This document shows, piece by piece, positions 1 to 8,711 of a stretch of 32,000 nt of DNA. The stretch's first letter is position 1. Each line of letters starts with the position of its first letter. The stretch is taken from positions 35,343 through 67,342 of the forward strand of contig JANXDH010000006.1 in assembly GCA_025059745.1 (NCBI GenBank). Reading direction: 5' to 3'. This stretch comes from Aigarchaeota archaeon (GTDB lineage: Archaea > Thermoproteota > Nitrososphaeria_A > Caldarchaeales > Calditenuaceae). Position numbers and translations under genes: made by a program. Below the pieces are notes generated by a model. The model had not been told where the DNA came from. It saw nothing but the letters and a program-made list of their open reading frames with translations, and made no database searches.

Positions 1-812
1 GCATAGCTCACGCTGTAGGTCTTAGTAGAGATTTCGTTGATGGTGATAAATTCGTTGTATATCTTGGTGACAACATGATTCAGAACGGCATCAAACCTTA
101 CCTAGAGAGATTCATCGCGAATGATTACGACGCTATGGTCCTGCTTAAAGAAGTTGCGGACCCCAAACAATTTGGAGTGGCAGAACTCGATGACAAGGGT
201 AAGCTAATCAGATTGGTAGAGAAGCCGGAAGATCCGCCCAGTAATTACGCACTCACGGGTATATACTTCTTCACTCCCGTAATCTTCAAGGCCATAGGAC
301 AACTGAGGCCGAGCTGGAGGGGCGAGCTTGAGATAACTGACGCTATTCAAAAATTAATTGATTGGGGTTTCAATGTAGGTTATGAGTTCGTGAAGGGTTG
401 GTGGGTTGACACAGGGAAGAAGGACGACATACTTCAGGTCAACGCTCTCGTGTTGGATGAGAGGGGTAGGCGAGAGATCAGAGGTGAGACTTTAAACTCC
501 TTAGTCGAGGGTAGGGTCGAAATCGCAGAAGACACTAAAATAATCAATAGCACAATTAGAGGACCAGCTATAATAGGTAGTGGTTGCGTTATAGAGAACT
601 CCTACATAGGACCTTACACGAGCATTTGGGACAACACAACCGTAATTAATAGCAGTGTCGAGTACTGTGTGATTATGAAGAACGTTGTGATAAGGAACGT
701 TGAGAGGTTGGAGGAGAGCTTAATAGGCAACTACACCAGGGTTGAGACGCGGTATAGCAATAGGAGGGCACTAAAGCTCCAGGTGGGGGATTACTCCGAG
801 GTACTACTCTGA
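1..812 (+). CDS. rmlA: Glucose-1-phosphate thymidylyltransferase, long archaeal form (5' end lies outside the window)
   Basis: The frame stays open upstream of the tracked ATG. Codons from nt 3 read IAHAVGLSRDFVDGDKFVVYLGDN, a nucleotidyltransferase core. Downstream motifs are VEKPEDPPSNYALTGIYFF, RGELEITDAIQ and GWWVDTGKKDDIL, followed by an I/V/G-rich hexapeptide-repeat-like tail. Confidence 0.8.
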   Translation, partial: IAHAVGLSRDFVDGDKFVVYLGDNMIQNGIKPYLERFIANDYDAMVLLKEVADPKQFGVAELDDKGKLIRLVEKPEDPPSNYALTGIYFFTPVIFKAIGQLRPSWRGELEITDAIQKLIDWGFNVGYEFVKGWWVDTGKKDDILQVNALVLDERGRREIRGETLNSLVEGRVEIAEDTKIINSTIRGPAIIGSGCVIENSYIGPYTSIWDNTTVINSSVEYCVIMKNVVIRNVERLEESLIGNYTRVETRYSNRRALKLQVGDYSEVLL

Positions 813-815
813 TGA

Positions 816-1358
816 GTGATTAGCATGTCAACCAAGATAGAGGTCAAAAATCACGCACTCGACGGCTTCAGGACTTACGAACTAAAGTTAACACCGGACG
901 AGAGGGGCTTCTTCGGAGAGGCCCTCAGGATGGACTGGAAAGAGCTCGTCGGTGATGAGTGGATAGTCCAGGTCAACTTAAGCCACAGTTACCCAGGGAT
1001 AGTGAGGGCATGGCATAGGCATGAGAGGGGTCAAGTCGATTATTTCCTAGTCATCAGGGGTGCGATGAAGATATGCGCTTATGATGAGAACACCAGAAAG
1101 CTCGTCGAAGTAATAGCTAGCGCGGAAAAGCCCTCCATCATCAGAGTACCAGGACATTACTGGCACGGTACCAAGACCATAAGTAACGAGCCAACCCTTA
1201 CGGTATACTTCGTTACAAAACTTTACGATTACAAAAACCCGGATGAACTGAGGAGGCCATGGAATGATCCGGGCATTGTCCCATTAGAGATAAACGGCAG
1301 AAAGGATGACCCCAGGATAGGCAAACAATGGGACTGGTTTTATCCGCCACATAGATGA
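816..1358 (+). CDS. rmlC: dTDP-4-dehydrorhamnose 3,5-epimerase-like cupin (RmlC family)
   Basis: 180-aa ORF starting 4 nt after rmlA. Cupin-type motifs are RGFFGE and VRAWHRHERGQVDYFLVIRGAMKICAYD. It sits between rmlA and rmlD. The start is GTG 816 or ATG 825. Confidence 0.65.
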   Translation: MISMSTKIEVKNHALDGFRTYELKLTPDERGFFGEALRMDWKELVGDEWIVQVNLSHSYPGIVRAWHRHERGQVDYFLVIRGAMKICAYDENTRKLVEVIASAEKPSIIRVPGHYWHGTKTISNEPTLTVYFVTKLYDYKNPDELRRPWNDPGIVPLEINGRKDDPRIGKQWDWFYPPHR

Positions 1359-1417
1359 GGGTCGTAATTACGGCGGGTAACAGTCTATCACAACAGCGAC
1401 ACCATCTTAAATTTTTG

Positions 1418-1425
1418 TTATAAAT
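1418..1425 (+). promoter_or_regulatory. TATA-like box upstream of the GT2 gene
   Basis: TTATAAAT is centred about 28 nt upstream of ATG 1449 in a 90-nt intergenic gap. The spacing fits an archaeal leaderless or short-leader transcript. Confidence 0.35.
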
Positions 1426-1448
1426 GAGACAAAGAGAATTAGTCAAGG

Positions 1449-2495
1449 ATGGAAAACTCACCCTTTGTTAGCATAATAATACCCAACTATAATGGAAGGA
1501 GGTTTCTACGCGACTGTCTCTCGTCTATCTCCGCGATTGATTATCCTACCGACAGGTATGAGGTTATACTCGTAGATAATGGGTCTACTGACGATAGCGC
1601 CTCATACGTGACTGAGGAGTTTCCTTGGGTGAAGACGATTCGCTTAAGTGCAAATCACGGCTATCCTGGAGCATGTAACGTTGGTGCAGAGAAAGCTGCT
1701 GGGGATTTATTTGTGTTTCTTAATAACGACACGATAGTTGATAAGAGTTGGTTGCGTGAACTCGTGAAAGTTGCTTTAACTTCCGATAAAGTAGTAGTGT
1801 GTGGTAGTAAAGTGTTACTGATGGAGGATGGTATGCCACAGTATGCTGGCGGTTTCATCAGTTTAATCGGTGGAGGAATATTTTACCCCTTGAGGGAAAC
1901 TGGGAAGAACCATTACTTTGTAGGGACTATTTACGGAGCTTCATTTCTCATTAAGAGAGACGTTTTCAAGATGTTAGGTGGGTTTGAGGACTATTATTTT
2001 GTTTACTCTGATGAGATTGATCTCTGTTACAGGACATGGATGTGCGGTTACTCTGTTGCGTACTGTCCCAGCTCTATCGTCTACCATTACGGTGGTGGGA
2101 CGGCGAGACGCTCTTATACAAAGCACAAAAACGTCCTTTTTCAGATGCTGAGATCACCGTTATATGCTTATCATGGAAATAGAAACTCCTTGGTAAACAT
2201 TTTAAAGAACTTTGAACCGAGGTACGTGCTAATTGGATTAACACTTTTTTCGATCTATATTAGTGCGCAGTTATTGTCTAGTTTAATTGATAAAAACAAA
2301 ACTAATATGCTTGCGATTTTAAAGGCCATAAAATGGGTACTTGTGAATTTCAGATTTATAATGCGTAGACGCTCATTAGTCCAAGCAAAACGCGTAGTGA
2401 AGGATAGGGTACTGATCGAAAGCGGCGTGATTACGTCTCCTAAAAGGATGTTGGCGATAAGACGTTTTGGAAAAAAGTTTCATGCTAGGTTGTGA
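1449..2495 (+). CDS. Family 2 glycosyltransferase (GT-A fold) with a C-terminal membrane-associated tail
   Basis: N-terminal VSIIIPNYNGRRFL...VDNGSTDDS plus an acidic SDEIDL motif. The context suggests a rhamnosyltransferase, but that is unproven. Confidence 0.85.
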   Translation: MENSPFVSIIIPNYNGRRFLRDCLSSISAIDYPTDRYEVILVDNGSTDDSASYVTEEFPWVKTIRLSANHGYPGACNVGAEKAAGDLFVFLNNDTIVDKSWLRELVKVALTSDKVVVCGSKVLLMEDGMPQYAGGFISLIGGGIFYPLRETGKNHYFVGTIYGASFLIKRDVFKMLGGFEDYYFVYSDEIDLCYRTWMCGYSVAYCPSSIVYHYGGGTARRSYTKHKNVLFQMLRSPLYAYHGNRNSLVNILKNFEPRYVLIGLTLFSIYISAQLLSSLIDKNKTNMLAILKAIKWVLVNFRFIMRRRSLVQAKRVVKDRVLIESGVITSPKRMLAIRRFGKKFHARL

Positions 2496-2596
2496 GGACG
2501 TGTATGAAGGTGGAGAAGTACGTTACTTCATCTATCGAAGAGCGAGATATGTGATGGATAATGGAAAAGTTCTTGGTCACGTTCTCTCCTTCCTAG

Positions 2597-3511
2597 ATGG
2601 TGGAAGCCGAATATATGAGAGTCTTAGTTACTGGAGGTAGCAGTCTACCAGGCTTCAGAACAATAAGGGCCCTTTTGAGACACGGACATCAAGTGGTAGC
2701 CGTTTGTCACAACAATGACGTTCTCATTAATGATGAAAAGCTGCTCAAAGTTAAGGCGGACATATGTGATTCGATGACTCTCGCAGATCTATTCGATAAA
2801 TATCGACCTGAGGCCGTAATTCACATGGCGGCAATAGGAGATGTAGATCGATGTGAAAAGGAGAGACACGCTGCGTGGTCTGTGAACGTGGAGGGGACTG
2901 TGAACGTTGGAAGGCTCGCTTCTAAGCACGGAAGCTCTTTAGTTTATCTATCAACTGACTACGTATTCGACGGTGCTAAAGGTAGTTATGAGGAGGGAGA
3001 ACCACCGCGGCCTGCTAACTATTACGGCCTAACCAAACTCTGCGGCGAGATAGCTTTATCCACGCTTACCACAGATGTGACCATTGTCAGAGCAAGCACA
3101 ATATACGGATTCGGTCCAGGGAGACAGAACTTCGCTAAAGTACTTCTGGAGAGGCTTTCTAAACGTGAGAATGTTAATGCCGTAGTCGATCAGTATACCA
3201 GTCCCACCGAGGCGACCCTCTTGGCTGAAGCCATCACGGAGGTTTTAGAGAAACATATAACCGGCGTACTTCACGTTGTGGGTGAGAGGTTTAGCCGTTA
3301 TGAGTTTGCCTTAAAAGTGGCGGAGGCGTTAGGTTTAGACCGATCGCTAATAGTTCCTGTTAAAATGCAGGACTTCAACTGGGCCGCTCCTCGTCCTAAG
3401 GACTCGAGCCTCAAATGCGATAAAACGAGGAGCATACTTAATACAGATTTTCACACGACTCTGATAGCGTTGAAAGCCCTTAGACAAGAGCTCTCGGAGG
3501 TGAGAGAATGA
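2597..3511 (+). CDS. rmlD: dTDP-4-dehydrorhamnose reductase
   Basis: MRVLVTGGSS Rossmann start, so ATG 2615 is an equally plausible start. It also has LSTDYVFDGAKGSYEEGEPPRPANYYGLTKLCGE, the typical RmlD STDYVFDG...YG.SK motif. Confidence 0.8.
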   Translation: MVEAEYMRVLVTGGSSLPGFRTIRALLRHGHQVVAVCHNNDVLINDEKLLKVKADICDSMTLADLFDKYRPEAVIHMAAIGDVDRCEKERHAAWSVNVEGTVNVGRLASKHGSSLVYLSTDYVFDGAKGSYEEGEPPRPANYYGLTKLCGEIALSTLTTDVTIVRASTIYGFGPGRQNFAKVLLERLSKRENVNAVVDQYTSPTEATLLAEAITEVLEKHITGVLHVVGERFSRYEFALKVAEALGLDRSLIVPVKMQDFNWAAPRPKDSSLKCDKTRSILNTDFHTTLIALKALRQELSEVRE

Positions 3512-4524
3512 GAGTGTTCGTTACCGGCGGTGCTGGATATATTGGGTCGACTCTAGTGAGGTTACTTCTTAACCGGGGTTACGACGTTGTTGTACTGGAC
3601 AGATTCTTCTTTGGTACCGACTCATTAGAGGGTGTGAAAGAAAACGTCAAGATGATAAGAGGAGATACGAGGTGGTTCGACCCAGACGTACTCCGGGGCT
3701 CAGATGCGGTTATCGATTTGGCGGCTCTCTCCAACGACCCCTCTGGAGAGTTAGACCCGGAGAAGACGCTCGACATAAATTACCGGGGGAGATTGAGGGT
3801 CGCGACCCTCGCCAAGAAACTTAATGTAAAGCGGTATGTGCTAGCGAGTAGTTGCAGCGTATACGGTTTTCAAGACGGAATTTTGAGCGAAGAGAGCCCG
3901 GTGAACCCATTGACGACATATGGGAAGGCTAACTTGCTAGCCGAGAACGAGATACTGCCTTTAGCCGATAGAGCCTTCTGTCCTACGGCCCTCAGGCTCG
4001 CCACTGTATATGGCCTGAGTTATAGAATGCGTTTCGACCTCGCTATCAACGGTATGGTTAGGTCACTTTACATGACAGGTACCATACCCGTTATGAGGGA
4101 TGGGACGCAATGGAGACCGTTTGTTCACGTCAAAGACGCTGCATCTGCTTTCATAAAGGTCTTAGAGTCGTCTGAGGACGAAGTTGTCAGCCAGGTCTTC
4201 AACGTTGGAAGTGATGAGCAGAACGTGCAGATACTTCAATTAGCTAAAATTGTAGCTGAGGCGTGCGGACAAGAAGCGCGGTTCGAATGGTATGGATCAC
4301 CGGATAGAAGAAGTTACAGGGTTAGCTTCAGTAAGATTAGAAATGTATTGAGGTATCGGACTCACTTCGAGATAAGTCGGGAAGCTAAAGAAATACATGA
4401 AGCTCTGAAAAGCGGCATTCTTAACCCTGACGATCGGCGGTGGATAACTGTGGACTGGTATAAACATATCTTAGAGGACGCTGAACTTGCGAGAAGGGTC
4501 TCTCTGAATGGAGTCATTCTTTGA
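3508..4524 (+). CDS. NAD-dependent sugar epimerase/dehydratase (extended SDR)
   Basis: MRVFVTGGAGYIGS glycine-rich loop, SSCSVYG, and a YGKANLLAE YxxxK catalytic motif. Its start overlaps the rmlD stop by 4 nt (ATGA). Confidence 0.8.
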   Translation: MRVFVTGGAGYIGSTLVRLLLNRGYDVVVLDRFFFGTDSLEGVKENVKMIRGDTRWFDPDVLRGSDAVIDLAALSNDPSGELDPEKTLDINYRGRLRVATLAKKLNVKRYVLASSCSVYGFQDGILSEESPVNPLTTYGKANLLAENEILPLADRAFCPTALRLATVYGLSYRMRFDLAINGMVRSLYMTGTIPVMRDGTQWRPFVHVKDAASAFIKVLESSEDEVVSQVFNVGSDEQNVQILQLAKIVAEACGQEARFEWYGSPDRRSYRVSFSKIRNVLRYRTHFEISREAKEIHEALKSGILNPDDRRWITVDWYKHILEDAELARRVSLNGVIL

Positions 4525-4743
4525 TGAAATTATTAAAAATGATGAAATGAGAGCCCCTCGAATACTCTTTCACCGTTTAGGGCAAACTAGTGCTTGCGTT
4601 GTTTAGTACGGACATGAACGCACCCTTTGCGATAGAGGTCCTAGCTATCCTTGTTACAAACATAACTACTTCGTTGAAGGAGAGAGAACAAGTCTATTAA
4701 TAGCAACAAACACATAAAAATAAGCTCTCATTAAAGGTACGTT

Positions 4744-5277
4744 ATGAAGGACGGTGGGGAGCTAGTAAAGTACTTGTCTTTAGCAATCTCTGTACTAGTC
4801 GGGTTAACTCCTATCGTCGTTGCGTTTCACCAACATAGCTGGAACCTCCAAAGCCTCATTACTCCTATTTACTCCCCGCCTAGAGTGGACTACTCGATTG
4901 AGATAAAGGAAGCAGTCATATCTGAGCGAGAGCGAGTGGTTCAATTGACCTTTGAACTCAGTAACTTGGGCGATGTTGGATTTTCGGTGAGGGAGTTGAG
5001 AGGTAAGGCGGTCTTAGCTGGGGAAATAACAACGCCCATCGAATTAACTCAGGCCATTGACTTACCCCCAGCCACCAGAGGCACGATGACTATTAAGCTG
5101 CCTCTCGACGAGTCGGCTGTCCTCAAACTCGTACCCTTTATCATGACTAAAGAGAGAATAACGGTAGAGATAACTAGTTCATTGAACGTCCACGTGTTGA
5201 GTTCAATGGTTACTGTGCCTTTTCGCACGTCATTAACTATCGAATCTTCTAAATTACACACGACTGATAGGCCATGA
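4744..5277 (+). CDS. Hypothetical membrane-anchored protein: one N-terminal TM helix plus a beta-rich ectodomain, possibly LEA_2/WHy-like
   Basis: 177-aa ORF with the hydrophobic segment LSLAISVLVGLTPIVVAF. The rest shows an alternating beta-strand-like pattern (VQLTFELSNLGDVGFSVRELRGKAVLAG). A TATA-like CATAAAAATA lies about 25 nt upstream. Confidence 0.55.
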   Translation: MKDGGELVKYLSLAISVLVGLTPIVVAFHQHSWNLQSLITPIYSPPRVDYSIEIKEAVISERERVVQLTFELSNLGDVGFSVRELRGKAVLAGEITTPIELTQAIDLPPATRGTMTIKLPLDESAVLKLVPFIMTKERITVEITSSLNVHVLSSMVTVPFRTSLTIESSKLHTTDRP

Positions 5278-5843
5278 ACTTACTTCATATACTAACCATC
5301 AACCGTAGGCTAAACATTGTTGCGTTAGCTAGCTCTCTGCTTTTACTCTATGTGGCCCTCTCCGAAGACCCATGGTGGGTGGTAACGGGAGGGAGTGAAG
5401 AGAGTCCCACTTTCGTCGTTAAGATCTCTCCATTTATCTTTGACATGAGCATATTGGAGAAGGAGGTGCTGATCCTCATTATCCCGTACCTTAACCTCGC
5501 GGCCAAACTAACGCTTCTACTCACCTCTTTAATGATGCTGGTGGGGTCTTTCATGGTAAAGAAGAGGTGGTCAAGATACCTTGTGAGCACTAGAGGAGCT
5601 ACTTTTCCGATAGTCTTCCTCGTGGGGCTCTTTTTGGGGTCTTTTGTAGCGTCGTCGTATATCGGTTTCAGTATCCCAATAGTTGGCGAGTTCACAGTAA
5701 ATTTCACTATACCTTATGGAGAAGGACTTATCACTGTTATTACACCATCGAAGGCCTCACTGACGGGGATGTTTTGGATTGCGGTCGCGGTCGGTCTAAG
5801 CTCGTTGCTAGGTAAATTAATTCATAACAGGTCTCTTCGATAG
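5274..5843 (+). CDS. Hypothetical multi-pass (about 4 TM) membrane protein
   Basis: 189-aa ORF with four long hydrophobic stretches. Its ATG overlaps the upstream stop (ATGA), which suggests translational coupling. Confidence 0.5.
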   Translation: MNLLHILTINRRLNIVALASSLLLLYVALSEDPWWVVTGGSEESPTFVVKISPFIFDMSILEKEVLILIIPYLNLAAKLTLLLTSLMMLVGSFMVKKRWSRYLVSTRGATFPIVFLVGLFLGSFVASSYIGFSIPIVGEFTVNFTIPYGEGLITVITPSKASLTGMFWIAVAVGLSSLLGKLIHNRSLR

Positions 5844-5845
5844 AT

Positions 5846-6997
5846 TTGACGATAAAAGTGAGAAAGCAAAATATTTTGATGGTATCAGCTTTCCCTCCCG
5901 ATAAAGGGAGATTGAGCGAATACGCCGCGGCTTTGATAGGTGAGCTGATTAAGAATTATGATAACATACGTGTAGAGATATTGTCTGATTCGGGCTCCCA
6001 CCAATCTGACAGGATTACGGTAAAGACGTCATGGCGCGCGGACGACGTCATTAGCGTACTGAAGTTGTGGACCAGAATAATCTCCTCGAAAGTCAAACTT
6101 GTTCACTTTAACCTACACATGGCGGTATTTGGGAGAGGTAGAGTAGTTAATTTCTTTGGACTACTATCAGTATTTATCGCTCGGATGTCTGGAAAGAAGG
6201 TGATAACAACGCTACATAACATTCCTGCTGGGATAAGGTTGGAATCTGTAGGAATAATTGCTAATACTATTGTGAATAGAATAGGGCTCTGGTTGGCTAC
6301 TGTGCTTGTTGTAAAGAGCTCTCATGTTACTGTGGTAAAGATGAAGAGTTATACAAGTATTGTAGAGCAGTTGTATGGCGCTAAGAGGGTCGTATGGATT
6401 CCTCATGGGGCATGGTTTACAGACAAGCAACCTACCTGGCGCTATAGCGGTAAGGGAAACATACTCTTCTTAGGATATATAACACCTTATAAAGACCTCC
6501 ACGCTTTGATTAAGGCTGTGAAGAGAATAGCAGAGAAGAGCAAGGTTAAGCTTTTAATTAGTGGGGATGTTCATCCGAACTTCCGCGAGGAGGGACAGAA
6601 ACTATTAGAATCGATTAAAGATGACCCTTGTGTACTATTCTTAGGGTATGTTCCAGATAACGCTCTACCTGAACTTATAAAAGAGATAGACGTAGTTGTG
6701 TTACCCTACAGGACCTCAACAGGTACGAGCGGAGTAGTACACGTGTTAAGCGCCCTTGGATGCCCATTTGTCGTCTCCGACACCCCGGAATTTAGAGAAC
6801 TTGAAAGAGAGGGAGCGGGGTTTCTCGTAACCCCACTTGAACCAAATAGGCTCTCAGAAAGCATAGAGAGAATACTCTCCAATCCAGATCTTGCTCATGA
6901 ACTATCATGGAAGTCTGTTAAATTCGCTCATTCTAGATCCTGGCAGAACGTAGCTAAGGCATACATGCAGCTGTACTCTGAGTTGATTAAGAACTGA
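5846..6997 (+). CDS. Family 4 (GT-B fold) glycosyltransferase
   Basis: NILMVSAFPPDKG N-terminus and a C-terminal LPYRTSTGTSGVVHVLSALGCPFVVSD...EREGAGFLV block (GT4 E-x7-E-like region). The start is TTG 5846 or GTG 5858. Confidence 0.85.
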   Translation: MTIKVRKQNILMVSAFPPDKGRLSEYAAALIGELIKNYDNIRVEILSDSGSHQSDRITVKTSWRADDVISVLKLWTRIISSKVKLVHFNLHMAVFGRGRVVNFFGLLSVFIARMSGKKVITTLHNIPAGIRLESVGIIANTIVNRIGLWLATVLVVKSSHVTVVKMKSYTSIVEQLYGAKRVVWIPHGAWFTDKQPTWRYSGKGNILFLGYITPYKDLHALIKAVKRIAEKSKVKLLISGDVHPNFREEGQKLLESIKDDPCVLFLGYVPDNALPELIKEIDVVVLPYRTSTGTSGVVHVLSALGCPFVVSDTPEFRELEREGAGFLVTPLEPNRLSESIERILSNPDLAHELSWKSVKFAHSRSWQNVAKAYMQLYSELIKN

Positions 6998-7001
6998 AAA
7001 C

Positions 7002-8711
7002 ATGTTCGATCGTTTCAAAATAAACCTTGTGGTAGCAGCCGTTCTTACTGCAGTAACTGCTGAGAGTTTAGTGCAATTGACTCAGATTTATCGGTTTAGC
7101 TATGATGCGTATACGCACGTTTTCTTCGCAGATCACTACAGGAGAGATTGGTTTAATCTCTGGGATGATAGATGGTATGGAGGGGTCAGCGTTACCACAT
7201 ATCCGCCTCTCACCCATCAGTTAATGGCCCTCATAAGCTTTCTTCTTAATCTTGAGATGGCTTATCAGGTGATTGCGATTCTCGCATATGGTTTGTTGTC
7301 TTACTCGATATATCTATTTTCAAGAATATTTCTTACAGAGGGGGAGGCTCAATACACGGCATTTGTGGGCTCCCTGCTTCCAGCAGCAGGCCTCGTGTTA
7401 AACGCTTTCGGTCAATTACCGACTGTTTTCTCAACAGCATTAGCATTGATAGCTGCTTACAAATATAGTAAGTACTTGGAAGATGGATCTGTGAAGAACC
7501 TGGTTCAGGCGAGTCTGTGGACCTCATCATCAGGTCTGGCTCACCACTTTACATTCCTCTTCTTTGTTCCGTTAACTCAGTTAACCGTACTAATCCTATT
7601 CTTAAGGAGGGGAAAGTTCATGGTCAAAAGGACACTTCTCCATTTATTGTTGACGGCCGCTGTCCTTGTTCTAATATTATGGCCTCTAATTAATTCTGCA
7701 ACACAGGCACTATCATTGAAAGAGATACCGCATGCTACGCGAGAAAATCTTTTCTTAAATTTCATATCTTTAGCTGTATTCTTCTGGGGCGTCTACAGTT
7801 TCACAATTTTACTTTTACCAAACGCTATTGCCATAGCGCTGAGGAGGAGGGACCTATTACCTTTATTGGCACTCTTTATAGTCCTATTTTTATTCGGACT
7901 CGGCGGGACGACTCCGTTACCGAGACTGGTGCTTGGATCACTATGGCAAGTACTAACATATGATAGATTTGCGTTCTGGGCTATGGTGACTTACTCCCCC
8001 TTCCTTGGAATCATGTTAGCGGATGCAGATATCTTTACCAGAAAATACTTCTGGGGGGATAGATTAAATTCAAAAAAGGGCCCTGTTAAGACTCTTCTCA
8101 TAATGTCTTTTTTTGTGGGACTGATAATTTCTTTTGGTATCGTCTCAGGAAGTGTTGTCATTCTTGGTCTTCAACATGAGGACCTTCTTAGTTCAGATCA
8201 GTTGGAGAGATTAGCGAGTTTTTTGGACACTAATTCCGAATGGAAATATATAACGTTAGGTCTAAATAGTCAAAGGTTTTTGCTCAGCGCAAAGACATCG
8301 GCTACAACACTTGATGGTGGATACAATCATGCAAAGACTAATCCCTTGCTAACGGAGAGTGGGGTCGAGAGTTTAGACGCTGCCAAGCATTTTCCAAATG
8401 GATTGTCGCTCTTGAAGAAAGTGCTGAGGGAGGAGTCTAACAATGGCTTAAAATACGTTATATCAGCAGATAGATATTATGATTATATATTAAGAGAGAA
8501 TGGCCTGCGGCCACTATTTACTCTGTATGGTCCAAAGAACGTGACTGTTTGGGAGATACCATATGCTATGTCTATAAAGGGAGAGCCAAGTCATAAAGAA
8601 TCCTCCAACATCGTAGTGACCGCGTTATGGTCCTTGGGTCCCTTGACAATTTTAGCCGCGAGCATAATTCTCGGAGTTTTTGATAAAGGATTGAGAAGAT
8701 GGAGTCACTAA
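7002..8711 (+). CDS. Polytopic membrane protein, putative GT-C-fold glycosyltransferase
   Basis: 569 aa with about 11-13 hydrophobic helices. The first loop is acidic/aromatic (YDAYTHVFFADHYRRDWFNLWDDRWYGGVSVTTYPPL). A soluble region of about 170 aa is followed by a terminal TM helix. Confidence 0.6.
   Translation: MFDRFKINLVVAAVLTAVTAESLVQLTQIYRFSYDAYTHVFFADHYRRDWFNLWDDRWYGGVSVTTYPPLTHQLMALISFLLNLEMAYQVIAILAYGLLSYSIYLFSRIFLTEGEAQYTAFVGSLLPAAGLVLNAFGQLPTVFSTALALIAAYKYSKYLEDGSVKNLVQASLWTSSSGLAHHFTFLFFVPLTQLTVLILFLRRGKFMVKRTLLHLLLTAAVLVLILWPLINSATQALSLKEIPHATRENLFLNFISLAVFFWGVYSFTILLLPNAIAIALRRRDLLPLLALFIVLFLFGLGGTTPLPRLVLGSLWQVLTYDRFAFWAMVTYSPFLGIMLADADIFTRKYFWGDRLNSKKGPVKTLLIMSFFVGLIISFGIVSGSVVILGLQHEDLLSSDQLERLASFLDTNSEWKYITLGLNSQRFLLSAKTSATTLDGGYNHAKTNPLLTESGVESLDAAKHFPNGLSLLKKVLREESNNGLKYVISADRYYDYILRENGLRPLFTLYGPKNVTVWEIPYAMSIKGEPSHKESSNIVVTALWSLGPLTILAASIILGVFDKGLRRWSH

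Noticed and set aside
3508-4524. Calling this SDR the missing dTDP-glucose 4,6-dehydratase (RmlB)
   Set aside because: It has generic extended-SDR motifs (SSCSVYG, YGKANLLAE) rather than the RmlB-typical TDEVYG/YSASKA pattern. rmlB may lie upstream of the window.
5348-5707. 119-aa minus-strand ORF
   Set aside because: It is antisense to ORF 5274..5843. The plus-strand ORF fits the co-directional operon, is start/stop-coupled to its neighbour, and has clear TM segments. Neither candidate has homology support that I can see, so this rejection is only moderately secure.
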